64,000 nucleotides of DNA from an uncultured virus (IMG/VR IMGVR_UViG_3300042366_001473) (lineage: Duplodnaviria; Heunggongvirae; Uroviricota; Caudoviricetes). The position numbers and the translations under genes were made by a program. Shown here in pieces: positions 30,101 to 38,423 of this stretch. Numbering within the stretch: position 1 is the stretch's first letter; each line of letters begins with the position of its first letter. The notes beneath the pieces are model-generated. The model saw only the letters and a list, made by a program, of their open reading frames with translations, was not told where the DNA came from and did not search any database. The DNA is taken from the IMG/VR virus record IMGVR_UViG_3300042366_001473. The stretch is one strand, 5' to 3'.

Positions 30101-33100
30101 AGCACCTGTTGGCAACAAACTACAAGTTGCGCCAGGCAGTATTGGAACTGCGTTTGACGACATTGGGTTTGACACATTTGTGTACACACAGGCTATACAA
30201 AGCCCTTATCCACAAAACTTTGCACAGTTTGGTTACAGCATCAGCATCGACGACTCTGCTACATCACTGGTGGTCGGAGCACCCACTGGTACCACATACA
30301 TCATTGCTGTGTGGGACAACAACACCACAGACTGGGACGCAGGCGCCACAGAGTTTTTCAGTGGCGTACCTCAGAGTGGTGCTGTTTACACCTATGACTA
30401 TTTGGCGTCATCGGCCCCGTCTGTGACCAATCCAGGTAAATTTATATTTGGTACTCAGATTGAAATACCGTCGTTGGTGTATGGTGACAATTTTGGGACT
30501 GCTGTAAACTACAACTCGGGTATCTTGTGGATGTCTGCACCCGGAGACGATATTGAAGACTCGTCGTTGTCAAACTTTGGACGTGCGTATGTTTGGAGTA
30601 ATCCAACTCGTTCTCCCACATGGGCAGTCAAGCGAATTCAACAACCTACTGTGGATATCCGACTGTTGAATTCTGTGTTCTTGTACGATCAAGTTACTTC
30701 AGCCACTACCGAGTTCTTGGATTTTTTCAATCCCTTGCAAGGCAAAATACTGGGCGCCGCACAGCAAAACATTGATTACATTGGTGCTGTTGACCCAGCA
30801 GGCTACAATGCTGGTCCACAAAACAATCGCGGATCAGTATGGGGTCCAATTCATGTGGGCCAAGTGTGGTGGAACGTCAGCAACGTGAGATTTATTGATC
30901 CTGCCCAAGACGACATTGTGTACGCTAGCCGTCGATGGGGACAAATCTTCCCTGGCAGTACTGTAGATGTTTATCAATGGATTGAAAGCACAGTGGCACC
31001 CGCTGACTATACTGGTCCAGGAACTCCGTTGAACACATTGAGTTTTGTGGTCAATACTTCTTTAAGCCGTCAAAATGTGTTTGACACTAGATACTATTTC
31101 TGGGTGCGCGGTATCAGCACAGTGGCAACACAGCAAGGCAAAACGCTGAGCATAGACACAGTGGCTAGATACATTGAAAATCCTCGAGCCACAGGTATTG
31201 CATATCTTGCGCCAATTGATGCCAACACGGTTGCTATCTACAACTGCGAAACTCTAATTGAAGCACAAGACACTGTGCTGCATATTGAGTTTGACAGACA
31301 ACTTACCAACGACAATGTACACGTTGAATACGAACTAATTCCGCAGGATCGCAGCGACGGGTTCTTAAGCGATGGATTGTACAGAAAGTTTCAAGACAGC
31401 CTGTGTGGCGTTGACACCGCTGGTAATCAAGTTCCTGACATAAATCTAAGCCCAGCTGAACGCTATGGTGTGCAATTCCGTCCTCGTCAAAGCATGTTTG
31501 TGGATCGATTTGCAGCATTGCAGAACTATATCAACAAAGTCAACAGCGTGTTGGCACAGTATCCAATTTCTGAAATCAGAAGTTTCAATCTGCTGAACAG
31601 TGCTGATCCTATCCCGCTGGCAGGCACAAGCCAATGGAACATGGAAGTGGCTAACCTTGAAATTCTTGGATTTCAAAATATCTATGCAGTACCACTGGAT
31701 TATAGATATTTGGTTCTGTCTGATGCTGACAATCAAGGTCTCTGGACCATTTATCAAGTAGAATCCACCACTGGCAACAACCTGGGAGTTCGTGAACTGG
31801 TGTTGGTCAAAGTACAGAACTTCAACACCCCCGATTACTGGGACTATATCAACTGGTACAGACCTGGATACAATTTCAGCATCAAACCCATTGCAGAAGT
31901 TCCTACTTTTAGCAGCCTTGGCACCATTGACGTTCCTGTTGGCAGCTCTGTAAAAGTAACTGCCAACGCTCAAGGAAAATTCGAAATTTACCTGCTGACC
32001 GACCTTGGGTGGGAACGAGTAGGACTCGAAGACGGTACAATCAGTGTGAGCAACGAAGTGTGGGACTACGAAATTGGACGTTTTGGGTTTGATTCAGAAG
32101 TGTTCGATGCTCAGTATTACGATCAAGAACCCAGCATCGAATCAAGAAAAATTATTCAGGCCATCAACGAAGAATTGCTGATCGACGAGTTGGCCATTGA
32201 GCGCAATCGTGCACTGATTTTGATGTTTAACTTTGTGTTGAGCGAATTTGCAGCACCTGAGTGGCTGGTCAAGACCAGTTTGGTTGATGTTGATCACAAA
32301 CTTCGTGAACTGTTGCCGTTCCAGAATTACAGCAGAGACAATCAAGAATTTGTGCTGGATTACATTCAAGAAGTCAAACCTTATCATGTACAGATCAGAG
32401 AGTTTAACTTAAAATATTTTGGTTCAGACACCTACCTAGGCGATATTGCTGATTTTGATGTTCCTGCATATTTCAACACCAGTCTTGAAATTCCGCAGTT
32501 TACCAGTCCAATACTGTTGCCTTATGCACAAAGTGCAGCTCAAGTCAGCAATGTACTAAGCGACGCAGCCGCTACTGACACAATTTGGGCACAATTTCCT
32601 TACAATCAGTGGTACAACAACTATTTGGTAAGCATTGATTCTATCACAGTGGTCGATGGCGGCTCGGGCTATACCGAAGCACCTGAAGTCACAATCACCG
32701 GCGATGCAGCAATCGCAGCAACCGCAGCAGCAGTGATCAACAGTGCAGGCCGCGTGGTTGCAATCAACCTGACTTCGTCTGGATCAGGCTACAGATCGCA
32801 ACCTACAATAACATTCTTTGGTGGCAACGGAGTCAGTGCTCGTGCATACGCAGTGTTGAGCGGGTCAGGAAGAGGCCAGCTGTACAACACACCAACAATA
32901 TCAAACACTGTCAACGACTACAATTTGGTACGCTCGTTCAAAACCACAATCAAGTATGACCGGTATCAGTATCAGACCCAAGTTCAAACTTGGATACCCG
33001 GTGCCACATATCTAGACGGTACCTTGGTTAGATATGACAATCGTGTATGGCGTGCCGCAAGCCCAGACAGCACTGCGGTGTCGGATCCAACTTTTGATCT

Positions 33101-35828
33101 AGACAACTGGCAACCAGTGGCAGCAAAAGACCTCAGCGGTGTAGATCGTACCATGGGATATTATGTTGCTGGTATCAACTCTCCTGGCCTAGAACTACCG
33201 TTGCTGATAGACGGAATTGAATATCCTGGTGTTCAAGTATGGGGCGACTATTTTGGCGGCAATGCCATAGTTGATGCTGATTATCAAAGCACATTTGATG
33301 ATGCTGCCTTGGGAACTCGTCCTATTGACGTCAATGTTGACGGCGGCGAATTTATTGGCCCTTACGAAGGCCATGCACCTGAAGAACTGGTCAACGGCAG
33401 CGAATTTGACACACTGGACATGCGTATCTACACTCGTCCAGGGTCTGACTGGCAGTCCAATGGTCACGGATTTGAAATTAGCACAGTAAACTATGTGTAC
33501 AATGCAGTCACTGATTTCAGACTAAGCTGGGCTGACCAAACTGATCACCCTGTACAGGTTCTGGTCAGCAACCAAACCACTGGCCGTGATGCAGTTCTGG
33601 ATGTTGACTATTTTGTCAATTGGGACGATCGCAACATTGACATAATTCCCAACGCTGGATTTGACAACGGCGATATTGTAAACATTGCAGTGTATGAACT
33701 AGGTGGCGGCAGTCAGTTGTACCGTGTGAATTATGTTGGCGACCAAATCAATGACAGTATTGTGATTGTGCCAGTCAACACCAGCGAAATCACTGCTGTT
33801 GCAGTATTTGTCAACGGTGAAATTTCGGGTACACCAACATGGATTCCTTACATTGAGTCCGCAGCCTGGAGCATTACTGGCACATACACTCTAAACACCG
33901 TGGTAAACTCTGCAGGCACATACTATCGAGCTGTGCAAGCGGTACCAATTGGTATTGCAATCACTGATACTGCGTACTGGGAAAGTTTTGTGCCTACACT
34001 GTTGAGTCAAGTGACCTTGGCCACAGAACCACTTGCTACTGATGGCGTAGCTATTGTGGTATTTGGTACCACAACCCCCAACAACTACAGCTGGAGTACA
34101 CCACAACGACAGTACATTTTTGTTGATCAAAACATTATTGACACCGGCACTATTACCCTGGACAACAGCCTGCAAGGCACCAACACAGTCAACATGATTG
34201 TGACACGCAACGGTCTGAGATTGAATCCACCTGCTGGTATTGAATGGCACGGCGACGGAAGTTCTACCAGCTTTGGATTGCCACAACGACTGGGAGAAAG
34301 TTTTGTTCAAAGCTCAATCAATGCACCAACTGATGTTCAAGTTTGGGTCAACAACGAACTGCAGGTGCAGAGTGTGGGTGCCATTGTTGGCTCTTACAGT
34401 GTTACCAACTGGACTGGCAGCAATACGCCTGGACGTCAAGTGGTGTTCAACACTGCTCCTACTCCCGACGATGTAATACTGATTGTGGTCACTACTTTGG
34501 CAGCCTATAACGTAGCAGACAGCACATTGCAGTTGTCTTTTAATCCTACCCTAGGTGATGTAATTGCAGTAACTACCTGGAACGATACTGCTCAGCAAGA
34601 AATACTGACACAGGTATTTGTGGGACCAGTGGTTACCAGTATTGTGGTGTCTGAAGGATTTGACAGCACCGTATTTGACGATGGTTCGATCACTGGAGGC
34701 CCGGGAACATTTGACTACTCTGTGGGCGTGGGCCTCAACAGAAACGACTTCTTGTTACAGCGCGAAAACGTTGTTGCTGGAAGATTGTGGGTCACACTCA
34801 ATGGCACAAGATTGTTTGAAGGTCAAGATTTCACCGTTGAAAACAACTACTTGATTTTGGCCACTGGCCCTATTGAGCTATCAGATACCATGGTAATCAC
34901 TCAGTTCACTGACAGCGTCGTGCCAGAAGCTGTGGCTTTCCGTATTTTCCAAGACATGCGCGGTGTACAAGCAACTTACCGAATTACCGACGCTACCACC
35001 ACTGTGCTAACACAGGCATTGTCAGCATCTGCAGACATAGTGTATGTTGCCAATGCGTCAGCACTGACTGCACCCAATTTGCCAGCAGGACGTTTGGGTG
35101 TGGTCACAATAGATGGCGAACGCATTATGTATCGTGAACGAGATATAGCACTGAACACACTCAGAGGTCTGCGTCGTGGCACAGCTGGCACTGCTGCTGC
35201 TGACCATGCTGTTGATGCCGAAGTGTATGATATCACCGGTGGCAATTTGTTGGCACAACAATATCAAGATTATGTGGTTAGTCAGACATTTGTGGCTGAC
35301 GGCAGCACTACAGTATTCAGAGTAACTGATTTTGATATCAATGTGATTGATCCCAAAGACTCCAGCACTGGCTACATCAATGATCTGATCGAAGTCTACG
35401 TAGCCGGTGTCAGACAGTACCCAGTGGGTGTAAACAAATTTGGAGACTTAACACCATCGCAATACCCGTTCTTTGTGGCATCGCTGAGCGAATTGGTAAT
35501 TGATTTTTACACAACCAACGATCCTGTGGATCCTGTGTTAGCACCACCTGCTGGAGTAGAAATCACTGTGCTGCAACGTCGTGGCAAATCTTGGTACAAC
35601 ACTGGTCCTGTGATTTCAGCATCTGCAATGATTGCTGGAGAAAGCTACTTTATAGACTTTGTGGGTACCACTAATTTTGTTGCAGTTGGCTCATTGGAAA
35701 ACACTCCTGGCGTGCTGTTTACCTGCACAGGTCCGGCCAGCGGCACAGGCACTGTGACAACAGCATCTGACGGGGTTGCACTGCAAGAAAGCACCACTAT
35801 TGCCGCAAGGTTTTTGTGTGGAAATTAA
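21126..35828 (+). CDS. Giant (4900 aa) multidomain virion structural protein (baseplate wedge / fibre-like)
   Basis: Uninterrupted ORF following gp6. Contains FG-GAP-like repeats, CBM5/12-like motifs, GGSGY repeats and YIQEVKPYH. Confidence 0.8.
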   Translation: MARVRSVDFLPEIFRTDANKQFLAATLDQLIQEPKFKKTQGYIGRTVGPGVNPNDRYVVEPSKTRSDYQLEPTVINLQPDTDNIQNAITYPGINDAIALQGGNSTRPDRLYQSAYYTWDPFIDFDSFVNFSQYYWLPNGPDAVEVAASTVPTTDNYVVNRENGVYTFSGLTGNNPNIELVRGGSYTFQVAQNNKETVNYRVGNQGTAAYVIDFENNPALTLVRGNTYVFNLNTQGVYPFWIKTTPTTGTGNAYNAGVSRNGSADGLVTFVVPQDAPNTLYYISQNIVNMGGQITVVDAVPGTGPGFWIQTNPGILGKIPTTPNISSRDVFGVSNNGEDLGIVTFDVPTRTAQEFYYNLDPTSQPVDLVTELEFSQINNARLDLFVAQYGGIDGITSLAGRNIVFLTNNESDDAWERTSFFDPLTAGSANNGLPGSYDTTLYAQANVVPVQDRRQIWQINYVVDNGLIYLNLTKLINIEPLQKFSVRFGTTYSNTNWYKTNIGEISQIPLLTANLNTLYYQDGTDPEIFGRITLLEQPEESTLFINNILGATNYTSPNGVEFTNGLKVVFRGDVRPASYKSGTTEFLCTNTTAGTNTITVYSTADLYPGLEVVFIDPTGGLISGVTYYVSSVVNLFEFTVSTTPGGMPVTLTTTSAEFSAIAVVYKEYYVDGVGTGIRLLPVTDFVTPEPYVEASNDSSLPVPEEPDYLTIDRSSRDLNAWSRSNRWFHIDVINATSQYNGTVATLDNNYRAKRAIIQFRPDLKLFNMGTEGKQPVDIIDFDETDALSNIQGATSYSVDGYNFVNGTRVIFAADEDNQVRNKIYVVEFITPDTVLPLMAQPIINLTLASDGNVAVNQSTLVLQGQTLQGDTYWYDGITWTKAQQKTAIQQAPLFDVYDSNGISFGNRAVYPSSNFVGSKLFSYAVGDTGILDAVLKIPLKYLNIANVGDIVFDNNLYTDTFVYTLGSVSTTQSVSDGFVREYSSRTEYQSLIGWQNAATTSQIYQQFKFTYSGQPLLIDVRVDDVTTVPVLKIYVGSQFVLPGDYTYTRTNNTTTIVLSKIYSPDDVIEVSALSQQISKTGFYQVPINLENNPLNSNSPTYTLGTVRQHYQSICENLPAFAGSISGSNNTRDLGNLVPYGLIILQQSSPMTMLGYFMRSEEYNIFNSLVYNSREYIKIKNLILNNVTQQLIQFETPAQILDEAIETLTAGKVDTQPFYWTDMLPSGAVYTDTNYTVSFTTTDVFDTVQVYNYSSSNYLGMNVYLNSEILTRNLDYVVASDGPRITVLTALTLGDQLTIREYTATYGSFVPNTPTKMGLYPVWRPETITIQATSGPQSVIVGHDGSITPVFGDIRDDVLLEFETRIFNNIKMDGNPIPLSTADVIPGQFRDTGYSVSDVDTILNQQFLSYVAWNKLDYTTQDYSVSNQFTWNYSTAQSKLDGEDLPGAWRGIYQYYYDTQQPQLTPWEMLGLSVKPLWWDDTYGPAPYTSGNLVLWDDLEAGYIRDPVAPYFDPRYARPGLTDVVPTGEEGNLLSPFNSVVGTYNDSQFRKSWSLADGGPVQASWYNSSDYPFAVMRLLALTRSAEFFALFADRDLYRYNIAQDQYLYNNRYRLDANGIEVYGDGVSKASYINWIVDYNRQSGLDSTEDLTANLASLDVRLSYRLASFSDKQYIKVFTEKSSPNSTNTTFLIPDESYNLVLYKNQPFERVSYSSVLIQQVPGGYAVFGYSTVQPYFSVLQSRPNGQLQTISVAGATVRVPTAYSNTVVQIPYGYIFNNTTSVVDFLLSLGKYYETQGLVFDNIDNGYVLTWAQMSQEFLYWSQQGWNEDAIINLNPLATKLSVSRDQAVVDSIQAQTSENVLLDQNRQELPTRNVNVVRIDNTFTVQPLVDQTLSFVELKYTSYEHMIVLDNVSVFGDLIYDPTTGARQSRLNLVMTNSSDWNGSVDAQGFILNQDNVEEWTGARTYSKGEIVRYKNRFWSAATIVQPSAIFNFSDWLQSEYEQIEQGLLPNLANKADQLENSYNINTANLDAENDLFSYGLIGFRPREYMAALNLDDVSQINVYRQFLGSKGTILSAELFKQADLGKESAEYDIYENWAVQRAVYGANANRSYVELRLNRALLSASPSLIQVTNPQEPSIADQQIFLGNVWRQSFKLTSPDYLPTTTELPTDIGLPGAGYVNLDDVDITVFDINDSANIAANIEKVVDGATIWAAKVNNYDWNVYQCNAVPGIISHVCDNLDFTSRVVFSQQHGLAVGDKLIIKYFDSEVDGVYDVLTVPGLTEVTIAFQFAGNRTVANGNGIGFTLKSLRVAQASDVVDLPYANTIDNTLTVWVDNNGNNLWEVLEKDVVFDQVTELAPKVLDAREEYGRAISQATNQFAAIVGSPNYLTGTNPYTRGAVYVYVKDFSSTYQPVSPVTDADAILTLDVQTSAGSGVPAARGYGFSVDFGSTNWAVAGAPYSLGSASQANNGYAAVIYRDQATYTPGSNPYSNWQLLTTPGSVSADQGKFGYSVAMSQDERWMYVGAPAVNRVYAYGRVDWQDQTVTARGNGATETFSIGNAIRIAFDTQLRVTLDGAIQQLNTDYTVDSTVVPAGFFTVGTQYTIVSVGSTNFTLIGAASNTVGVTFTATGPGTGTGTASVGFTSVTFTTPPADNVLIAITRISLLQLTTNGSTVQFDLAPYLYQVSLSDSTIDSFSVEINTVLQRPNIDYTFNSTTKRITFTTAPGSADVVVVRAKGFWQYVGALTVAGLASDAGFGTSVSCTTDGRQVLIGTPTVTAAGKVQAGLVYVFDRNVQRFIYQGGSDIVFDVEGSPVEPISVVVNNQFLINETYSYPGDTFTFGVDGNSVIVNQPLSAGDIVEIETNQFALVQQVAQNVIEEFSNFGQSVDICSYNCSLYVGAPQSSLQIYKGGIVERQVNQARVYGTITSTVSNPTLTAGNTLRVNNIDVAVPAGAGANLAGLATAISNIVPNTTASVTSDGKITISVANTNAAPVGNKLQVAPGSIGTAFDDIGFDTFVYTQAIQSPYPQNFAQFGYSISIDDSATSLVVGAPTGTTYIIAVWDNNTTDWDAGATEFFSGVPQSGAVYTYDYLASSAPSVTNPGKFIFGTQIEIPSLVYGDNFGTAVNYNSGILWMSAPGDDIEDSSLSNFGRAYVWSNPTRSPTWAVKRIQQPTVDIRLLNSVFLYDQVTSATTEFLDFFNPLQGKILGAAQQNIDYIGAVDPAGYNAGPQNNRGSVWGPIHVGQVWWNVSNVRFIDPAQDDIVYASRRWGQIFPGSTVDVYQWIESTVAPADYTGPGTPLNTLSFVVNTSLSRQNVFDTRYYFWVRGISTVATQQGKTLSIDTVARYIENPRATGIAYLAPIDANTVAIYNCETLIEAQDTVLHIEFDRQLTNDNVHVEYELIPQDRSDGFLSDGLYRKFQDSLCGVDTAGNQVPDINLSPAERYGVQFRPRQSMFVDRFAALQNYINKVNSVLAQYPISEIRSFNLLNSADPIPLAGTSQWNMEVANLEILGFQNIYAVPLDYRYLVLSDADNQGLWTIYQVESTTGNNLGVRELVLVKVQNFNTPDYWDYINWYRPGYNFSIKPIAEVPTFSSLGTIDVPVGSSVKVTANAQGKFEIYLLTDLGWERVGLEDGTISVSNEVWDYEIGRFGFDSEVFDAQYYDQEPSIESRKIIQAINEELLIDELAIERNRALILMFNFVLSEFAAPEWLVKTSLVDVDHKLRELLPFQNYSRDNQEFVLDYIQEVKPYHVQIREFNLKYFGSDTYLGDIADFDVPAYFNTSLEIPQFTSPILLPYAQSAAQVSNVLSDAAATDTIWAQFPYNQWYNNYLVSIDSITVVDGGSGYTEAPEVTITGDAAIAATAAAVINSAGRVVAINLTSSGSGYRSQPTITFFGGNGVSARAYAVLSGSGRGQLYNTPTISNTVNDYNLVRSFKTTIKYDRYQYQTQVQTWIPGATYLDGTLVRYDNRVWRAASPDSTAVSDPTFDLDNWQPVAAKDLSGVDRTMGYYVAGINSPGLELPLLIDGIEYPGVQVWGDYFGGNAIVDADYQSTFDDAALGTRPIDVNVDGGEFIGPYEGHAPEELVNGSEFDTLDMRIYTRPGSDWQSNGHGFEISTVNYVYNAVTDFRLSWADQTDHPVQVLVSNQTTGRDAVLDVDYFVNWDDRNIDIIPNAGFDNGDIVNIAVYELGGGSQLYRVNYVGDQINDSIVIVPVNTSEITAVAVFVNGEISGTPTWIPYIESAAWSITGTYTLNTVVNSAGTYYRAVQAVPIGIAITDTAYWESFVPTLLSQVTLATEPLATDGVAIVVFGTTTPNNYSWSTPQRQYIFVDQNIIDTGTITLDNSLQGTNTVNMIVTRNGLRLNPPAGIEWHGDGSSTSFGLPQRLGESFVQSSINAPTDVQVWVNNELQVQSVGAIVGSYSVTNWTGSNTPGRQVVFNTAPTPDDVILIVVTTLAAYNVADSTLQLSFNPTLGDVIAVTTWNDTAQQEILTQVFVGPVVTSIVVSEGFDSTVFDDGSITGGPGTFDYSVGVGLNRNDFLLQRENVVAGRLWVTLNGTRLFEGQDFTVENNYLILATGPIELSDTMVITQFTDSVVPEAVAFRIFQDMRGVQATYRITDATTTVLTQALSASADIVYVANASALTAPNLPAGRLGVVTIDGERIMYRERDIALNTLRGLRRGTAGTAAADHAVDAEVYDITGGNLLAQQYQDYVVSQTFVADGSTTVFRVTDFDINVIDPKDSSTGYINDLIEVYVAGVRQYPVGVNKFGDLTPSQYPFFVASLSELVIDFYTTNDPVDPVLAPPAGVEITVLQRRGKSWYNTGPVISASAMIAGESYFIDFVGTTNFVAVGSLENTPGVLFTCTGPASGTGTVTTASDGVALQESTTIAARFLCGN

Positions 35829-35847
35829 TGTGGATAAATAAAGAACC

Positions 35848-35994
35848 ATGTCAAACACTGAATCAACAAAGCCAGCCGCAACTGCTCAGCCAGAAAAATC
35901 TCGTCCCAACGAGCAAGGTACCATAAGTGTGCAAGCACACATGCGTATTTTTGATCCAATTACCAAACAGGTATTTGTGGAGGGACGAGCATGA
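35848..35994 (+). CDS. Small 48-aa protein (not in ORF track)
   Basis: MSNTESTKPAATAQPEKSRPNEQGTISVQAHMRIFDPITKQVFVEGRA. TAAATA at 35835-35840 lies upstream, and it overlaps the next gene by ATGA. Confidence 0.75.
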   Translation: MSNTESTKPAATAQPEKSRPNEQGTISVQAHMRIFDPITKQVFVEGRA

Positions 35995-36596
35995 TCACTC
36001 CAGGATTGGCCAAAATCACAGGGCATGTCAAGATTCATGACCCCGACAGCGGTGAAATTTACTACAACGATCACAATGCTATTCACTACGAAAACATCAG
36101 TATTGCCATGGCACAAACTCTCAGCGATCGTAACATAGGCTACATCTACGAAATGGCATTTGGCAATGGCGGAAGTTCTGTGGACCCCACAGGTGTTATT
36201 ACCTATTTGCCCCCTAATACCGTGGGTCAAAATGCTGACTTGTACAATCAAACCTATGCAAAAGTGGTCAACGACAACTCGGCTGCTGACACAGATCCTG
36301 CCAACAACAAAATGACTGTGCTGCACACAGCAGGCAATGTGTACACTGATATTTTGGTACAATGCTTGTTGGACTACGGCGAGCCTGCACAACAGCAGGC
36401 GTTTGACAATTCAACCAATTTCAACGGCGAATTTGTGTTTGACGAACTGGGACTCAAAGCATGGAATGGCTCAGCTGACAACTTGCGATTGATCACGCAT
36501 GTGATTTTTCACCCGGTCCAAAAGAGCTTGAACCGACAGATTCAAATTGATTACACGTTACGTATTCAGACATTGAGCAACATCAATGCTGTATAA
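35991..36596 (+). CDS. Virion structural protein (baseplate/tail-associated)
   Basis: MAFGNGG...FDELGL...LITHVIFHPVQKSLNRQIQIDYTLRI; lies in the structural operon. Confidence 0.65.
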   Translation: MITPGLAKITGHVKIHDPDSGEIYYNDHNAIHYENISIAMAQTLSDRNIGYIYEMAFGNGGSSVDPTGVITYLPPNTVGQNADLYNQTYAKVVNDNSAADTDPANNKMTVLHTAGNVYTDILVQCLLDYGEPAQQQAFDNSTNFNGEFVFDELGLKAWNGSADNLRLITHVIFHPVQKSLNRQIQIDYTLRIQTLSNINAV

Positions 36597-36599
36597 ATA
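36592..36599 (+). promoter_or_regulatory. T4-type late promoter TATAAATA
   Basis: Exact T4 late consensus, overlapping the upstream stop codon and followed by an AGGA RBS before ATG 36626. Confidence 0.7.
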
Positions 36600-36625
36600 T
36601 AAGGAAATAGGAACAGGTTACTGAC

Positions 36626-38410
36626 ATGGCATATACAATTACTCTCACTGATGGTACGGTTTTTGCAACAATAGCTGATGGTACAATCAATACCAACAGC
36701 TCAATGACCCTAGTGGGCAAAAACTACGCTGGATACGGTGATTTTCTCAACGAAAACTACATTCACTTGTTGGAAAGTGGATCCAATACCACTGCTCCCG
36801 GCGCACCGTTGACTGGTCAGCTTTGGTGGGACAAAACCAACAGTTTGCTAAAAGTATACAACGGCACGATATTCAAAACAATCAGCGCCGCCACCAGTTC
36901 TTCAACTGCTCCTACCTCCAACGTCACAGGCGACTTGTGGTACGACACAACCAATGCACAGTTGAAAGTATGGACTGGCGCTGCATTTATTGTGGTTGGG
37001 CCAGCATTCTCCAGCAGTCAAGGCACATCAGGTGCAATTCCTGAAACTATCGCAGACAGCGTAGGTGCTACCAAGTTTATTACCAGTATCTATGTCAACA
37101 ACAACCGTGTGGCTATTGCATATGACGGTGCGCAATTTGTGCCACAGTCCAGCTTGTTATCTACCTTTCCTATAATTTATCCTGGCATCACACTGACCAC
37201 AACCAACAGTGCTATTTTTGCTGGCACAGCCAACAATGCCAGTAACCTAAACAGCTTGCCAAGTTCGTCGTTTATGCGTACCAACGCCAATACGTCCACT
37301 ACCGGCACACTCAATGTTCTCAACAATTCAGGCCTAACAGTTGGTGCAACCAATGCTATCAGCATGACACAAAGCACCAACGACGGCCTAGTACGCAGTT
37401 CAATCAGCGGCGCCAACTTGGTTATTCAAAGCAATGTGGGCGGCACTATTTTCAACGTGGCCAGTGCATTAGGCACAGGCGTATTTGCTGTGTCCAACGC
37501 TGCTACAGTGGGTACCACATTGGTAGTCACTGGCAACGCCTCAGGTGCCAACATCAACACTGCAGGCTTGGTCAGTGCCACAGGCAACATCAACGGTGGC
37601 AACATCAACGGTGCAGCATTGGTCACAGGTGCCACAGTCAGTGCCACAGGCAACGTCACAGGCAACAACATCAGCACCAGCAACGTGATTACTGCAGGCA
37701 CCACAATCAGTGCTGCTGGCAACATCACCTCTGGATCTTTCTTTATTGGTAACGGCAGTCAGCTCACTGGACTCAGTGCTGCGGTCAGCGTGACTCAGAT
37801 TCAAAACGGTACCAGTTCAGTGCAAATTGGCGCCAGCGGAGGCAATGCCAACGTCACAATTGGAGGCACCAGCAACGTGGTTGTTTTTACTACTGGTACC
37901 ACATTCTTTTCTGGCAACGTCAGTGTGGCGGCCATTGAAAAAACAGGAGCCAATGCTGTGGGCAACATTGGTTCAAGCTCTAACTACTTTAACCGCGTGT
38001 TTGCCACAGCTACCACAGCACTGTACGCTGACGTTGCAGAACGATTTGAAGCTGACGAACTGTTGGCTCCAGGCACAGTGGTTGAACTAGGTGGCTCCAA
38101 AGAAATTACTAGAGCCAAAAACGATCTCACTGAAACAGTGTTCGGTGTCATAAGTACACGGCCTGCATACACCATGAACGGAGGTGCCGGTGATGACATC
38201 ACTCACCCTGCGGTGGCCATGACTGGTCGAGTACCTGTTCAAGTAATCGGGTCTGTACGCAAAGGCGACAGATTGGTCAGTGCTGGCAACGGTGTTGCTA
38301 GATCAGCTCAAGCAGGAGAAGCAACAGCATTCAACGTGATTGGACGAGCACTGGTTGACAAACTGGATCCCGATCAAGGTACAATAGAAGCTATTGTTAC
38401 GATCAAATAA
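36626..38410 (+). CDS. Tail fibre / spike protein with C-terminal intramolecular-chaperone (peptidase G2-like) domain
   Basis: N-terminal LVGKNYAGYG and GQLWWD/GDLWYD motifs, SATGNI-type repeats, and C-terminal YADVAERFEAD...GVIST...GRVPV...KGDRLV. Confidence 0.75.
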   Translation: MAYTITLTDGTVFATIADGTINTNSSMTLVGKNYAGYGDFLNENYIHLLESGSNTTAPGAPLTGQLWWDKTNSLLKVYNGTIFKTISAATSSSTAPTSNVTGDLWYDTTNAQLKVWTGAAFIVVGPAFSSSQGTSGAIPETIADSVGATKFITSIYVNNNRVAIAYDGAQFVPQSSLLSTFPIIYPGITLTTTNSAIFAGTANNASNLNSLPSSSFMRTNANTSTTGTLNVLNNSGLTVGATNAISMTQSTNDGLVRSSISGANLVIQSNVGGTIFNVASALGTGVFAVSNAATVGTTLVVTGNASGANINTAGLVSATGNINGGNINGAALVTGATVSATGNVTGNNISTSNVITAGTTISAAGNITSGSFFIGNGSQLTGLSAAVSVTQIQNGTSSVQIGASGGNANVTIGGTSNVVVFTTGTTFFSGNVSVAAIEKTGANAVGNIGSSSNYFNRVFATATTALYADVAERFEADELLAPGTVVELGGSKEITRAKNDLTETVFGVISTRPAYTMNGGAGDDITHPAVAMTGRVPVQVIGSVRKGDRLVSAGNGVARSAQAGEATAFNVIGRALVDKLDPDQGTIEAIVTIK

Positions 38411-38423
38411 TTAGGACAAAAGA

